Assembly: GCA_043775825.1 (NCBI GenBank)
Contig: JAYVRX010000071.1
Span: 20,399 to 84,398 of the forward strand
Source of the DNA: Deinococcales bacterium
GTDB taxonomy: Bacteria; Deinococcota; Deinococci; Deinococcales; JAAFIG01
Direction: 5' to 3'
Length of the DNA: 64,000 bases
How positions within the stretch are numbered: the first letter of the stretch is position 1; each line of letters begins with the position of its first letter. Shown here piece after piece: positions 51,085 through 60,652 of this stretch. The notes beneath the pieces are model-generated. The model had not been told where the DNA came from and searched no databases. It worked only from the letters and a program-made list of their open reading frames with translations. The translations under genes were made by a program, and so were the position numbers.

Positions 51085-52584
51085 ATGCTGACAGGAGAAA
51101 TTCGCAATCAAATAGACCGCGTTTGGGATGCTTTCTGGACGGGCGGCATCAGCAACCCGCTCGAGGTGATCGAACAACTGACCTACCTGCTGTTCATCAA
51201 ACGCCTCGATGACACGCACAAACTCGAGCTGAACAAACTGCAAACCATCGGTGAGGGCAAACTAATCTTCACCGAAGAGCAAGAACAATACCGTTGGAGC
51301 GTCTTTCAAAACGCCGAATCGGGCGATTTGTACAACATTATTGCCAACAAGGTCTTCCCATTCATCCGCGAGATGGGACAAGCCGACACCACCTTTGCGC
51401 GGCACATGAAAGACGCACGCTTTACCCTACCGCCAGAAAAAGCGGCGCTACTGACCAAAGTCGTGGATTTACTGAGCGCCATCAACATGGACAACCGCGA
51501 CACCAAAGGTGACCTGTACGAATATTTACTTTCCAAACTAGCCACCAGCGGACAAAACGGTCAATTTCGCACGCCAAGACACATCATCAAGTTAATCATC
51601 GAACTGACCCAACCAAATCCAGACGACATTATTTGCGACCCAGCCTGCGGCACAGCCGGATTTCTGGTCGCCGCGCTCGAGTACCTGATCGAGCATCACC
51701 GCAACGATATTTACAACAAAAAACGTCAGCATTTTGAAACCAAAATGTTCAACGCCTTCGATTTTGACAGTACTATGCTACGAATCGCCAGCATGAACAT
51801 GATGCTGCACGGCATCGCCAACGCCAACATTCAAAACAAAGACAGCCTCTCAGACACCAACGCCGACGCCAAAGAAGAATACAGCCTGATCCTCGCCAAC
51901 CCGCCGTTCAAAGGCAGTTTGCAATTTGAAACCGCCGCCAAAGACCTGGTGCGCGACTTGGGCATGAAAGCCCCCAAACCCAAAAAAGATGGCAAACCGA
52001 GCGGCGTGCAAGCCAAAACCGAACTGATGTTTTTGGTGTTGTTCTTACGCCTTTTAAAACCAGGTGGACGCTGCGCCGTGATTATCCCCGACGGTGTGCT
52101 GTTCGGCAGCAGCAACGCCCACCAAACCACCCGCAAAACCATCGTCGAAAATCATAAACTCGAGGCAATCATTTCCATGCCGAGCGGCGTTTTTAAACCT
52201 TACGCTGGCGTCAGCACCGCCATCATGATTTTTACCAAAACCGGCATTGGCGGCACGGACAACGTCTGGTTTTACGACATGCGAAGCGATGGTTACAGCC
52301 TGGATGACAAACGCAACCCAACCAACGACAACGACATTCCAGACATTATTCACCGTTACCGCAACCTCGAGGGTGAAACAAACCGTACCCGCACCGATCA
52401 AAGTTTTTTCGTACCAAAACCCGAGATTGCCGCGCAAAATTATGATCTCAGCATCAACCGGTACAAACAAACCGTGCATGAAGTCGTACAGCACGAAGCG
52501 CCACACAAAATCTTGGATGAACTCGAGGGTTTGGAACTCGAGATTGGGCAAGGTTTAAAAGAATTACGGGCGATGCTGACATGA
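51085..52584 (+). CDS. hsdM: type I restriction-modification system methyltransferase subunit
   Basis: HsdM N-terminal domain (IWDAFW-like VWDAFWTGG, YLLFIKRL), SAM motif DPACGTAGFL, catalytic NPPF. Confidence 0.95.
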   Translation: MLTGEIRNQIDRVWDAFWTGGISNPLEVIEQLTYLLFIKRLDDTHKLELNKLQTIGEGKLIFTEEQEQYRWSVFQNAESGDLYNIIANKVFPFIREMGQADTTFARHMKDARFTLPPEKAALLTKVVDLLSAINMDNRDTKGDLYEYLLSKLATSGQNGQFRTPRHIIKLIIELTQPNPDDIICDPACGTAGFLVAALEYLIEHHRNDIYNKKRQHFETKMFNAFDFDSTMLRIASMNMMLHGIANANIQNKDSLSDTNADAKEEYSLILANPPFKGSLQFETAAKDLVRDLGMKAPKPKKDGKPSGVQAKTELMFLVLFLRLLKPGGRCAVIIPDGVLFGSSNAHQTTRKTIVENHKLEAIISMPSGVFKPYAGVSTAIMIFTKTGIGGTDNVWFYDMRSDGYSLDDKRNPTNDNDIPDIIHRYRNLEGETNRTRTDQSFFVPKPEIAAQNYDLSINRYKQTVHEVVQHEAPHKILDELEGLELEIGQGLKELRAMLT

Positions 52585-52808
52585 ACTCGAGAATGGTGAA
52601 ATTAAATAAAAAAATAACAATAAATTCAATTCGGCAGACACTGTCTGCCGAATTCAGACCGATTCAACAAAATCAAATTCCGCAGACACTGTCTGCGGAA
52701 TTCAATAACCTTCAAAACCTCGAGCGCGAAGGGTGCAAGATGAAAAGTAAGACCGTGAAACTCGAGATTGGGCAAGGTTTAAAAGAATTGCGCGGGATGT
52801 TGGCATGA
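52585..52808 (+). mobile_element. 224-bp insert at the hsdM/hsdS junction: twin 27-nt palindromes plus a duplicated hsdM 3' end
   Basis: Palindromes AATTCGGCAGACACTGTCTGCCGAATT (52628-52654) and AATTCCGCAGACACTGTCTGCGGAATT (52676-52702). 52759-52808 repeats 52535-52584 (45/50). A 75-codon ORF spans the insert and is ATGA-coupled at both ends. Confidence 0.6.
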
Positions 52809-54034
52809 GTGATTTGAAGTTAAGAATAGAAGAGTTTTGCAAAACTGGAAGCGGAACTACTCCATCTCGAGAAAATTCTAACTACTACGCTGATGGCACG
52901 ATTCCGTGGGTCAAATCTGGTGAACTTAGAGAAAATTTAATACTTGGCACTGAGGAAACCATCACCGCCGAAGCCCTTAAAAAGACGAGCCTCAAACTTG
53001 TTCCGAAAGGTGCGATTTTGCTTGCTATGTATGGGGCGACAATTGGCAGAATGGCGATTCTGGGAATAGATGCAACGACAAATCAGGCTGTTTGCCACAT
53101 TATTCCAGATGAAAAAATGGCTGATACTCGATTTGTATATCGTGCTTTACAGCAAAAAATTCCTGAGTTAATTTCTCAGGCATCTGGTGGTGCTCAACCA
53201 AATATCAATCAACAGAAAATTAAAGCTCTCGAGATTCCCCTTCCGTCTCTCGAGCAGCAGCAACGAATCGCGCAGGTTTTGGATGCGGTGGATTCACTTT
53301 TAGGCAAACGTCGGGAGGGTTTGAAGAAGCTCGAGGTGTTGCTGAAAAGCGTGTTTTTGGAGATGTTTGGTGATCCTGTTACGAATCCTAAAGGTTGGGA
53401 AGAAGGTGTTTTGGGCGACGTAATTTATTCAGCTAAAGATGGTCCTCACGTAAGTCCTAAATATGCAGAGAAGGGTATTCCTTTTCTTTCAACAAGACAT
53501 ATTCGCCCAGGGAAGCTTATTCTTGAAGACTTAAAATACCTCTCTCCTCAAGAAGCGGATATCCATTGGAAAAAATGTAAACCTGAATTTGGAGACATCC
53601 TATACACAAAAGGCGGCACAACAGGGTTCGCCAAAGTTGTAGATTTCCATTTCGATTTCGCGGTTTGGGTTCACATAGCTGTGCTAAAAACGAACCATAA
53701 GTTGATCAATGGTTTATGGCTCGAGAATCTCTTGAATACTGAATATTGTTATTGGCAATCCCAAGAAAAAACTCATGGAATTGCTAATAAAGACCTCGGA
53801 CTTACACGAATGATAAATATAAAAATATTTATTCCGCCTCTCGAATTGCAGGCGAAATTCGCAGACACGGCGCGAAAAATAAATACTGAAACAGTTCTGC
53901 TCGAGAACTCTCTTTCTTCTCTCGAGAAACTTTTTGCTTCCCTTCAACACCAAGCCTTCAATGGCACGCTTTCGGCTGGGGTGCTCGAGCGGGAAGTGCA
54001 AAAACTCGGGGAGGTTCAGGCGGGGTTGTTCTGA
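52805..54034 (+). CDS. hsdS: type I restriction-modification system specificity subunit
   Basis: Two variable target-recognition domains separated by conserved helices (LPSLEQQQRIAQVLD..., PPLELQAKFA...). Confidence 0.9.
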   Translation: MSDLKLRIEEFCKTGSGTTPSRENSNYYADGTIPWVKSGELRENLILGTEETITAEALKKTSLKLVPKGAILLAMYGATIGRMAILGIDATTNQAVCHIIPDEKMADTRFVYRALQQKIPELISQASGGAQPNINQQKIKALEIPLPSLEQQQRIAQVLDAVDSLLGKRREGLKKLEVLLKSVFLEMFGDPVTNPKGWEEGVLGDVIYSAKDGPHVSPKYAEKGIPFLSTRHIRPGKLILEDLKYLSPQEADIHWKKCKPEFGDILYTKGGTTGFAKVVDFHFDFAVWVHIAVLKTNHKLINGLWLENLLNTEYCYWQSQEKTHGIANKDLGLTRMINIKIFIPPLELQAKFADTARKINTETVLLENSLSSLEKLFASLQHQAFNGTLSAGVLEREVQKLGEVQAGLF

Positions 54035-54077
54035 GTTAAGTCTTGACTTTACCAAATGTTGGTTTTAAACTACTCAC

Positions 54078-54449
54078 ATGGCGCGGTTGTACTTGTGTTT
54101 TAACCCGTATGAACCAAAACCAAAACGTGCGCCTTTGCTTTCGGATTGGCTCGAGTTGTGCTTGCATGGGAAGCAAGAATGCGTTAACAAAATGATTGAA
54201 ATGGTCGAAGATTTACACTCAGATGGGGTAGAAAGTCGGTACTTAAAATGGTTCGCGGGTGGTGTTGGCGAACTGAAAAGCCGAACTCCAATTGGTGGCG
54301 CTCGAGTTTACTTTTTTCGGATTGGCGAAGAAGATTTTGCTTTAACCCGCGCAGAATGCAAAAAAGAATCCGTTGCAGATCAGCAATTGATTGATTGGAC
54401 GTTTGAAGTGGCGACGCTGTACAAACAAGATGTGGAGGTGTTCTTATGA
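54078..54449 (+). CDS. RelE/HigB-like toxin of the phage Gp49 (DUF891) type
   Basis: ...GELKSRTPIGGARVYFFRIGEEDFALTRAECKKE.... 4-nt overlap with the downstream HTH gene. Confidence 0.55.
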   Translation: MARLYLCFNPYEPKPKRAPLLSDWLELCLHGKQECVNKMIEMVEDLHSDGVESRYLKWFAGGVGELKSRTPIGGARVYFFRIGEEDFALTRAECKKESVADQQLIDWTFEVATLYKQDVEVFL

Positions 54450-54832
54450 AAAAAGCTTTACCACCTCGAGAAAGTCTGCAATCGAGCATTGCCGAATTAA
54501 AAGCCATGCCTCTCGGAAGTATCATCTCGAGCGGACGTAAAGTGAGGGCAAAATCGGTGAGTGTTACTGACCTGAAACAAGATTTGTCAGATGCCTTGCT
54601 TGCCGAAAGTATTGGTGATTTGCTGCGTGAAGCCCGTTCTCGGCGGGGAATGACGGGTACGGAATTGGCTTCTAAATTGGGTACGAGCAAAGTGCGGGTT
54701 TCGCAACTCGAACATGCAGAATTAAATATTGAATTGGCGACTTTGGCTCGAGTGGCTGGTGTTCTGGGTTACGAGTTGCAGGTGGCTTTTGTGGCTGGTT
54801 CTGAACGTATTTCGCATCAGCACAAGGTTTGA
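54446..54832 (+). CDS. XRE-family HTH antitoxin (HigA-like)
   Basis: LREARSRRGMTGTELASKLGTSKVRVSQLEH. Confidence 0.7.
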   Translation: MKKALPPRESLQSSIAELKAMPLGSIISSGRKVRAKSVSVTDLKQDLSDALLAESIGDLLREARSRRGMTGTELASKLGTSKVRVSQLEHAELNIELATLARVAGVLGYELQVAFVAGSERISHQHKV

Positions 54833-54841
54833 TTTTTGAAT

Positions 54842-54871
54842 CTCGAGGAAGTTCAGGCGGTGTTGTTCTGA
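54842..54871 (+). repeat. duplicated copy of the hsdS 3' end including its stop codon
   Basis: CTCGAGGAAGTTCAGGCGGTGTTGTTCTGA versus 54005-54034 CTCGGGGAGGTTCAGGCGGGGTTGTTCTGA (27/30). Confidence 0.8.
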
Positions 54872-54960
54872 AAATGTTGGGGTCTTGGCTTATTCTGTTA
54901 TTAACGTAGTGCATTTTGCGTATGGCAATTGCTCCACAACGCCCTATAATCAAAGCATCC

Positions 54961-57900
54961 ATGAGCAACTTCTTGTTCTTACAAAAAGACTTTCCAAACT
55001 TGTTTGAAGAGGCAAGACTTGCCGAACGCAACGCGCTTTCGGATGCCAGAGTCTCGAGTGTTTACGCCAGGCGCACGCTCGAGGCTCTGGTCAAATGGTT
55101 GTACGCGAACGACCCAGCGTTTACCAAACCGTATGACACGACCCTAAACGGTTTGATGGGGTCGGAGGCGTTTGAAAAAAACGTGCCTTACGCGGTCATT
55201 TTGTTGGCGCAAACCGTTCGCAAAAAAGGCAATGCGGCGGCGCATGACACCAAAAATATTGCGGTTTCCGAGGCGCTGGCGCTGCTTCGGGATTTGTTTT
55301 TGGTGCTGCATTGGTTCGCGCATTTGTACCGTGCAGATGCCGCGCAAGTGCTGTCGGTAAGTTTTGATGAAACGCTTGTGCCGCCGGCGCTGGCGGACGT
55401 GCAACAAAAAACCTTGAGCGAAATTCAGACGCTCGAGAGGGCTTTAAAAGAAAAGATTGATGCGCTCGAGTCTGAACGTGCCGAGTCTGCCAGTGCAAAG
55501 GCAGAATTGGCAGCTTTGCGTGCGCAAATGGTGGCGCGTAAAACCACCAACTTCCAAACTGGTATTTCAACACCGTTCTCGGAGGCACAAACCCGTGAAC
55601 GCCTGATCGATTTAATGCTCCAGGAGGCGGGTTGGGATTTGAGCGCGTCCAACATCCGCGAGGTCAGCACCGGCGCGGGCAGGGCAGATTACGTGCTGTG
55701 GGGGCAAGACGGTTTGCCGCTGGCGGTGATCGAAGCCAAAAAAACCTCGCGCGACCCTCGGGTTGGACAAAAACAGGCGCTCGATTATGCGCAGGCGCTC
55801 GAGAAACAATACGGGCGTTTGCCAATTGTTTTTTACAGCAACGGCGTTAAAACTTTTGTTTGGGACAAAGCGCGTGGTTATCCGCCCCGAACCGTGCAAG
55901 GTTTTTACAGCCAAGACGACTTGGAGTTAATGATTCAACGCCGCAAAACGGCGCTTAAACTCGAGGATGTCAGCATCAACCAAGGCATTGCGGATCGTTA
56001 CTATCAACAGACGGCGATTCGTAAATTCTCGGATCGGTTGGAAGGGTTTCACCGCAAAGGTTTGCTGGTCATGGCGACGGGTACGGGCAAAACTCGAGTT
56101 ACGATTGCGCTGATCGAACTTTTAATGCGAGCCAACTGGGTCAAACGCGTGTTGTTTCTGGCAGACCGTAACGCCCTGGTGCGGCAAGCCAAAAAAGCTT
56201 TTGTGCGCCATTACCCTGCCGCAAATGCCATAAACCTGGTCGAAGAAAAAGATGTGACTGGCGCTCGGGTGGTTTTAAGCACGTATCACACCATGATGCG
56301 GCAACTCGAGGCTGGGGCGTTCACGGTTGGGCATTTTGATTTGATTGTGATTGACGAGGCGCACCGCAGCATTTACAGCACTTTTGGCAGTATTTTCGCG
56401 TATTTTGACGCGATGCTGTTGGGTTTGACCGCCACACCGCGCGATGAGGTAGATCGTAACACTTACGGCTTGTTCGACATGCACGACAACGTGCCCGTTT
56501 TCGAGTACGGCTTGGAGCAGGCGGTGCGCGACGGTTTTCTTGTCCCGCCGGCGTCGTTTCGGGTGAACGCCAAGTTTTTACGCGAGGGCATCACTTACGA
56601 CGAGCTTTCCGATGTTGAAAAACAAGAATACGACGAGATTGACTGGGAAGAACACGGCGGGCGGCGCGAACAAATTCAGAACACCGAACTTTACAAATGG
56701 TTGTTCAACAAAGACACCGTAGATCAAGTGCTCGAGTCTCTGATGACGCACGGTTTAAAAGTGTCTGGTCAGGACGTGCTGGGCAAAACCATTATTTTCG
56801 CGCAGAGCATCGCGCACGCCCAGTTTATTCAAGAACGTTTTGATCTCAATTACCCGCACCTGGCAGGCACATACGCCCAGGTGATTGCCAACAACATTGA
56901 GCGCAGCGACCAGTTGATAGACCAATTCAGCGAAACGCTAATGCCGCGCATTGCCATCAGTGTGGACATGCTCGACACGGGTATTGACGTGCCAGAAATT
57001 CTGAATTTGGTGTTTTTTAAACGGGTGCAAAGCAAAACCAAATTCTGGCAGATGCTCGGACGCGGCACGCGTTTAAGTGAGAATATTTTTGGTGCTGGAC
57101 AGCACAAAACCCAATTTGCACTGTTTGACTTTTGTGGCAACCTCGAATTTTTCAACGCGCACCCAAAAGGCATTGAAGCCACAGTAACCCAGTCGCTCGA
57201 GCAACGGTTGTTTAAACTGCGGGTTGATGTGCTGCAAGCTTTAGAAGCCCAAACCGATGACCCAGAAACCCAAGTCTTGCACAGCGACCATGCCAATGTT
57301 TTGCATGAACGAATTTGTGCGATGCCGCAAAACAATTTTTTGGTTCGTCCGCACCTGGAACTGATCGAACGGTTCTCGAACCGCGACGCTTGGAATACCC
57401 TTTCGCGTCTGGACGCCAGGGACATCAAAACCGAACTCTCCAATTTGCCAAGTGCCATTGTTGACAACGACGAGAATGCAAAGCGCTTTGATTCACTGAT
57501 TTTTCAAGCCAGCCTGGGCATTCTCGAGGGCGCACCCAGAAGTGGGGTACAAAACCGGATTCAGGCGCTGTGCGCTGGACTTGAGCGCAAACGAAACGTG
57601 CCGCAAATCAAAGCGAATTTAACTTTAATTCAAGACCTTCAAACCCCAGATTTCTGGGCGAACGCCAGCGCCTCTCATCTCGAGGACGTTCGTTTGCGGC
57701 TGCGCGGTTTGATGGCTTTAATTGATGCCGAGGAACGCGCCGCCAGACTCGAGACGGACTTTGAAGATCAATTTGGAATCCCTGAAGCCCTGGCGTTAAA
57801 TGCTTTGGACATCAACATTGACCGCGAGGCGTACCATAAAAAAGTTGAGGCTTTCATTCACACGCATTTAAAACATCCAGTGATTCAAAAATTACGACTC

Positions 57901-58305
57901 GCGCAACCGCTCAACCCCGCCGATCTACGCACCCTCGAAGAATTTTTGTTCAATGCCCGCGAACTCGAATCTCGAGCCACCTTTGAATGGGCTTACGGCA
58001 CCCAAAACAACCTGGGACGGTTTATTCGCAGTTTGGTCGGTTTGGATCGGGCGGCAGCCAAAACCGCCTTTGGCACGTACTTGGACGGTAAAACCTTCTC
58101 GAGCGACCAGATTCTATTTGTCAATTTCATCATTGATGCCCTCACCCATAACGGCACGATGAGCCAGCAGGCTTTGTTTGAAGCCCCGTTTACCGACATT
58201 CACACGCAAGGCATCAATGGTTTGTTCAACCCAGATCAAGTGCAGGCATTGCTGGCAACCTTAAATCAATTGAACACGATTGAAACCAAACCGATGCTTG
58301 GATAA
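54961..58305 (+). CDS. hsdR: type I restriction endonuclease subunit R with N-terminal DUF4145-like domain
   Basis: N-terminal FPNLFEEARLAE...GNAAAHD, nuclease core (ADYVLW...IEAKK), helicase motifs MATGTGKT and DEAH (VIDEAHRS), and an EcoEI-R-like C-terminal domain. Confidence 0.9.
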   Translation: MSNFLFLQKDFPNLFEEARLAERNALSDARVSSVYARRTLEALVKWLYANDPAFTKPYDTTLNGLMGSEAFEKNVPYAVILLAQTVRKKGNAAAHDTKNIAVSEALALLRDLFLVLHWFAHLYRADAAQVLSVSFDETLVPPALADVQQKTLSEIQTLERALKEKIDALESERAESASAKAELAALRAQMVARKTTNFQTGISTPFSEAQTRERLIDLMLQEAGWDLSASNIREVSTGAGRADYVLWGQDGLPLAVIEAKKTSRDPRVGQKQALDYAQALEKQYGRLPIVFYSNGVKTFVWDKARGYPPRTVQGFYSQDDLELMIQRRKTALKLEDVSINQGIADRYYQQTAIRKFSDRLEGFHRKGLLVMATGTGKTRVTIALIELLMRANWVKRVLFLADRNALVRQAKKAFVRHYPAANAINLVEEKDVTGARVVLSTYHTMMRQLEAGAFTVGHFDLIVIDEAHRSIYSTFGSIFAYFDAMLLGLTATPRDEVDRNTYGLFDMHDNVPVFEYGLEQAVRDGFLVPPASFRVNAKFLREGITYDELSDVEKQEYDEIDWEEHGGRREQIQNTELYKWLFNKDTVDQVLESLMTHGLKVSGQDVLGKTIIFAQSIAHAQFIQERFDLNYPHLAGTYAQVIANNIERSDQLIDQFSETLMPRIAISVDMLDTGIDVPEILNLVFFKRVQSKTKFWQMLGRGTRLSENIFGAGQHKTQFALFDFCGNLEFFNAHPKGIEATVTQSLEQRLFKLRVDVLQALEAQTDDPETQVLHSDHANVLHERICAMPQNNFLVRPHLELIERFSNRDAWNTLSRLDARDIKTELSNLPSAIVDNDENAKRFDSLIFQASLGILEGAPRSGVQNRIQALCAGLERKRNVPQIKANLTLIQDLQTPDFWANASASHLEDVRLRLRGLMALIDAEERAARLETDFEDQFGIPEALALNALDINIDREAYHKKVEAFIHTHLKHPVIQKLRLAQPLNPADLRTLEEFLFNARELESRATFEWAYGTQNNLGRFIRSLVGLDRAAAKTAFGTYLDGKTFSSDQILFVNFIIDALTHNGTMSQQALFEAPFTDIHTQGINGLFNPDQVQALLATLNQLNTIETKPMLG

Positions 58306-58343
58306 ATATAAATCCATCCTCCAAAATAACTTAAAATCAAGCC

Positions 58344-59027
58344 ATGAACATCCTGATTACAGGTGCATCTCGAGGTTTGGGCGATGCCTTCTCACGCGGG
58401 CTGGGACGAACAGGAGATAGCCTCTGGCTGGTCTCGAGAAATTCACCCGCTAGCCTGTCGCTTAAGGATGGTGTACAGCGTCACTGGATTCAAGCTGATC
58501 TCTCGAGCGCTGAGGTGCATCAGCATATTGCCGCCAGCCTCGAGACAGGTTTGGATGTGGTCATTCACAATGCGGGCATCTGGGAAAGCACGGCATTCTC
58601 GAGCCAGTACGATTTTGAGAAAGTCCCCGAAGCCGAAACCCGTGCCGTGCTCGAGGTGAACCTGATCGTGCCCATTTTGCTGACCCAAGCTTTGCTGCCC
58701 AAACTGAAAACCTCGAGCAATCCAAGAATTATTTTGATTGGCAGCGTCAACGGTTTGGAAAACGCCGCCATGCCCGAGGTTGCGTACTCTGCCAGCAAAT
58801 TTGGTTTGCGCGGCGTCGCCCATGCCCTGCGTGAACACTTGCGAAGTGCTCAAATCGGCGTGACGGTCATCAACCCTGGCAGCATTGCCTGGGCTGGAGA
58901 CTTAGATCGTCAAGATTTGATCCCACCAAACGACATTGTGCGCCTGGTTCGAGCCGTACTCGAGACTTCAAGGCGCACCGTCATCAAAGAAATTGATTTT
59001 CCAGCCATGTTCGACCCGCAAGTGTAA
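58344..59027 (+). CDS. SDR family oxidoreductase
   Basis: ILITGASRGLG, NAG, YSASK. Confidence 0.85.
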   Translation: MNILITGASRGLGDAFSRGLGRTGDSLWLVSRNSPASLSLKDGVQRHWIQADLSSAEVHQHIAASLETGLDVVIHNAGIWESTAFSSQYDFEKVPEAETRAVLEVNLIVPILLTQALLPKLKTSSNPRIILIGSVNGLENAAMPEVAYSASKFGLRGVAHALREHLRSAQIGVTVINPGSIAWAGDLDRQDLIPPNDIVRLVRAVLETSRRTVIKEIDFPAMFDPQV

Positions 59028-59028
59028 A

Positions 59029-59337
59029 TCAATTCAGAAATTCGCTGGCAGTCCAATACCCAGTTAATTTGTTCAGGTATTTGATTTTCACCAGATCATC
59101 AACAAAACTTGTTCCCGTTTGCTCGACAACATCACCTTTTTTGAGGTTCACACACTGAGTATTTTTGATGTTTGGCGCTAGTTTCTTATCTCGAGCCTTG
59201 CTGTCTTTAATGGCGTACATGGTCTTAAACAAGCTTTTGGTTTGGCACGCGTAACCAGCCGCAATCACTTTTTTTTGGGTTTGTGCCAACGCAAAGCCCG
59301 ACAATAAAACAAGAACCGCAATTCCAATTTTTTTCAT
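59029..59337 (-). CDS. small secreted protein
   Basis: 102 aa with an N-terminal signal peptide MKKIGIAVLVLLSGFALA. No family recognised. Confidence 0.5.
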   Translation of the reverse strand: MKKIGIAVLVLLSGFALAQTQKKVIAAGYACQTKSLFKTMYAIKDSKARDKKLAPNIKNTQCVNLKKGDVVEQTGTSFVDDLVKIKYLNKLTGYWTASEFLN

Positions 59338-59443
59338 GTTTTCACCCCTCGAGCCTCAATCTTAACCGAACTCGGTCATCAAAAACTCAACTTCGGGTGT
59401 TGTGTACCTGTTTTAATGCCGTTTGCAGGCGTAACATTCTGCT

Positions 59444-60598
59444 ATGGATTTGCTTGACAAGGCGTTATCAGGCTCGAGGCTCAACCTCGAAGAAATCGTT
59501 GCGTTGTACCACCTGCCACTGCCTGATCTGGCAAGTGCGGCACATCAAATGCGGCTGGCAAAAACCCGTCCCGATGTTGTCACCTACCTGATAGACCGTA
59601 ACATCAATTACACCAATATTTGCAACGTCGGCTGTAACTTCTGCGCCTTTTACCGCACGCCACGTCAGAACGATGCTTACACTCTGTCTTTCGAGCAGAT
59701 TTCGCAAAAAGTCAGCGAACTCGAGGAGATTGGCGGCACACGCATTTTGCTTCAAGGCGGTGTGAATCCAGCCTTGCCGTTTGAATGGTATCTCGAGATG
59801 CTCGAGTTTCTGAAAAAACATCATCCAACCATCAAAATTGATGCGTTTAGTCCCGAAGAAATTCTCGGACTCGAGAAAATCACGGGTCTTGACGCGCTCG
59901 AGATTATCAGCCGCATGAAAGAATCTGGTCTGGATGGACTGCCCGGCGCTGGCGGTGAAATTCTCGAGGATGAGGTGCGTCTCGAAGCCGCCCCCGCCCG
60001 TATTCCGAGCGCGGATTGGTTCAGAATTCTTGATGTTGCCCAAGGTTTGGGCTTGTACACGATTAGCACGATGGTCATCGGTTTCGGCGAGACCCTGACG
60101 CAACGCGCCCGTCACATGATCAAAATCCGCGATCAACAAGACCGTGCAAATGCTGTTCACGGCGGCAACGGCTTTGCGGGCATGGCGATTTGGACGCTGC
60201 AAACCGAAAACACCCGACTGCAAGGCAAAGCTCCAGGTGCTACCGCTCACGAATACTTACGCAATTTGGCTGTCTCGAGGTTGGCGCTGGATAACATTTC
60301 TAACATTCAAGTTTCGTGGCCAACGCTTGGGTTTAAAGTTGCACAAGTCGGCTTGTTTTACGGCGCGAACGATTTCGGCAGCACCATGATGGAAGAAAAC
60401 GTGGTTAGTCAAGCCGGTGGTCATGACCGCGTGCGCGTCACCGAGCGCGAGATCATCCGTCATATTAACGACGCCGGATTCACCCCAGCACAGCGCGACT
60501 CGAGGTTCAACATCATCAAATACCCAGATGTGCAAGCCAAACTCGAGCAACCCGAACCAATGCTGGCTGCGAAACTCGAGCCAGCAGTGAATGTTTGA
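59444..60598 (+). CDS. radical SAM enzyme of the futalosine menaquinone pathway (MqnE/MqnC family)
   Basis: IDRNINYTNICNVGCNFCAFYR (CxxxCxxC), and length plus pattern typical of MqnC/MqnE. The two cannot be told apart by eye. Confidence 0.75.
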   Translation: MDLLDKALSGSRLNLEEIVALYHLPLPDLASAAHQMRLAKTRPDVVTYLIDRNINYTNICNVGCNFCAFYRTPRQNDAYTLSFEQISQKVSELEEIGGTRILLQGGVNPALPFEWYLEMLEFLKKHHPTIKIDAFSPEEILGLEKITGLDALEIISRMKESGLDGLPGAGGEILEDEVRLEAAPARIPSADWFRILDVAQGLGLYTISTMVIGFGETLTQRARHMIKIRDQQDRANAVHGGNGFAGMAIWTLQTENTRLQGKAPGATAHEYLRNLAVSRLALDNISNIQVSWPTLGFKVAQVGLFYGANDFGSTMMEENVVSQAGGHDRVRVTEREIIRHINDAGFTPAQRDSRFNIIKYPDVQAKLEQPEPMLAAKLEPAVNV

Positions 60599-60652
60599 AA
60601 TGTCACCCTTAAGACGTGCGCTCGAGTTTTAATCGCGTAGAATGCCTTATTC

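Noticed and set aside
52628-52702. Possible CRISPR array (repeated 27-nt palindromes)
   Set aside because: There are only two copies separated by 21 nt and no spacer-repeat periodicity. It lies inside an R-M operon junction and no cas genes are present.
52581-52808. 75-aa ORF through the hsdM-hsdS insert, considered as a bona fide protein gene
   Set aside because: Much of its sequence is the by-product of translating two palindromes (IRQTLSAEF / IPQTLSAEF) and a duplicated hsdM tail. It is kept only as part of the insert feature, and translation remains possible.
59468-60250. 260-aa ORF on the minus strand
   Set aside because: It is antisense to the MqnE/MqnC radical SAM gene, which carries the CxxxCxxC motif. 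Shadow ORF.
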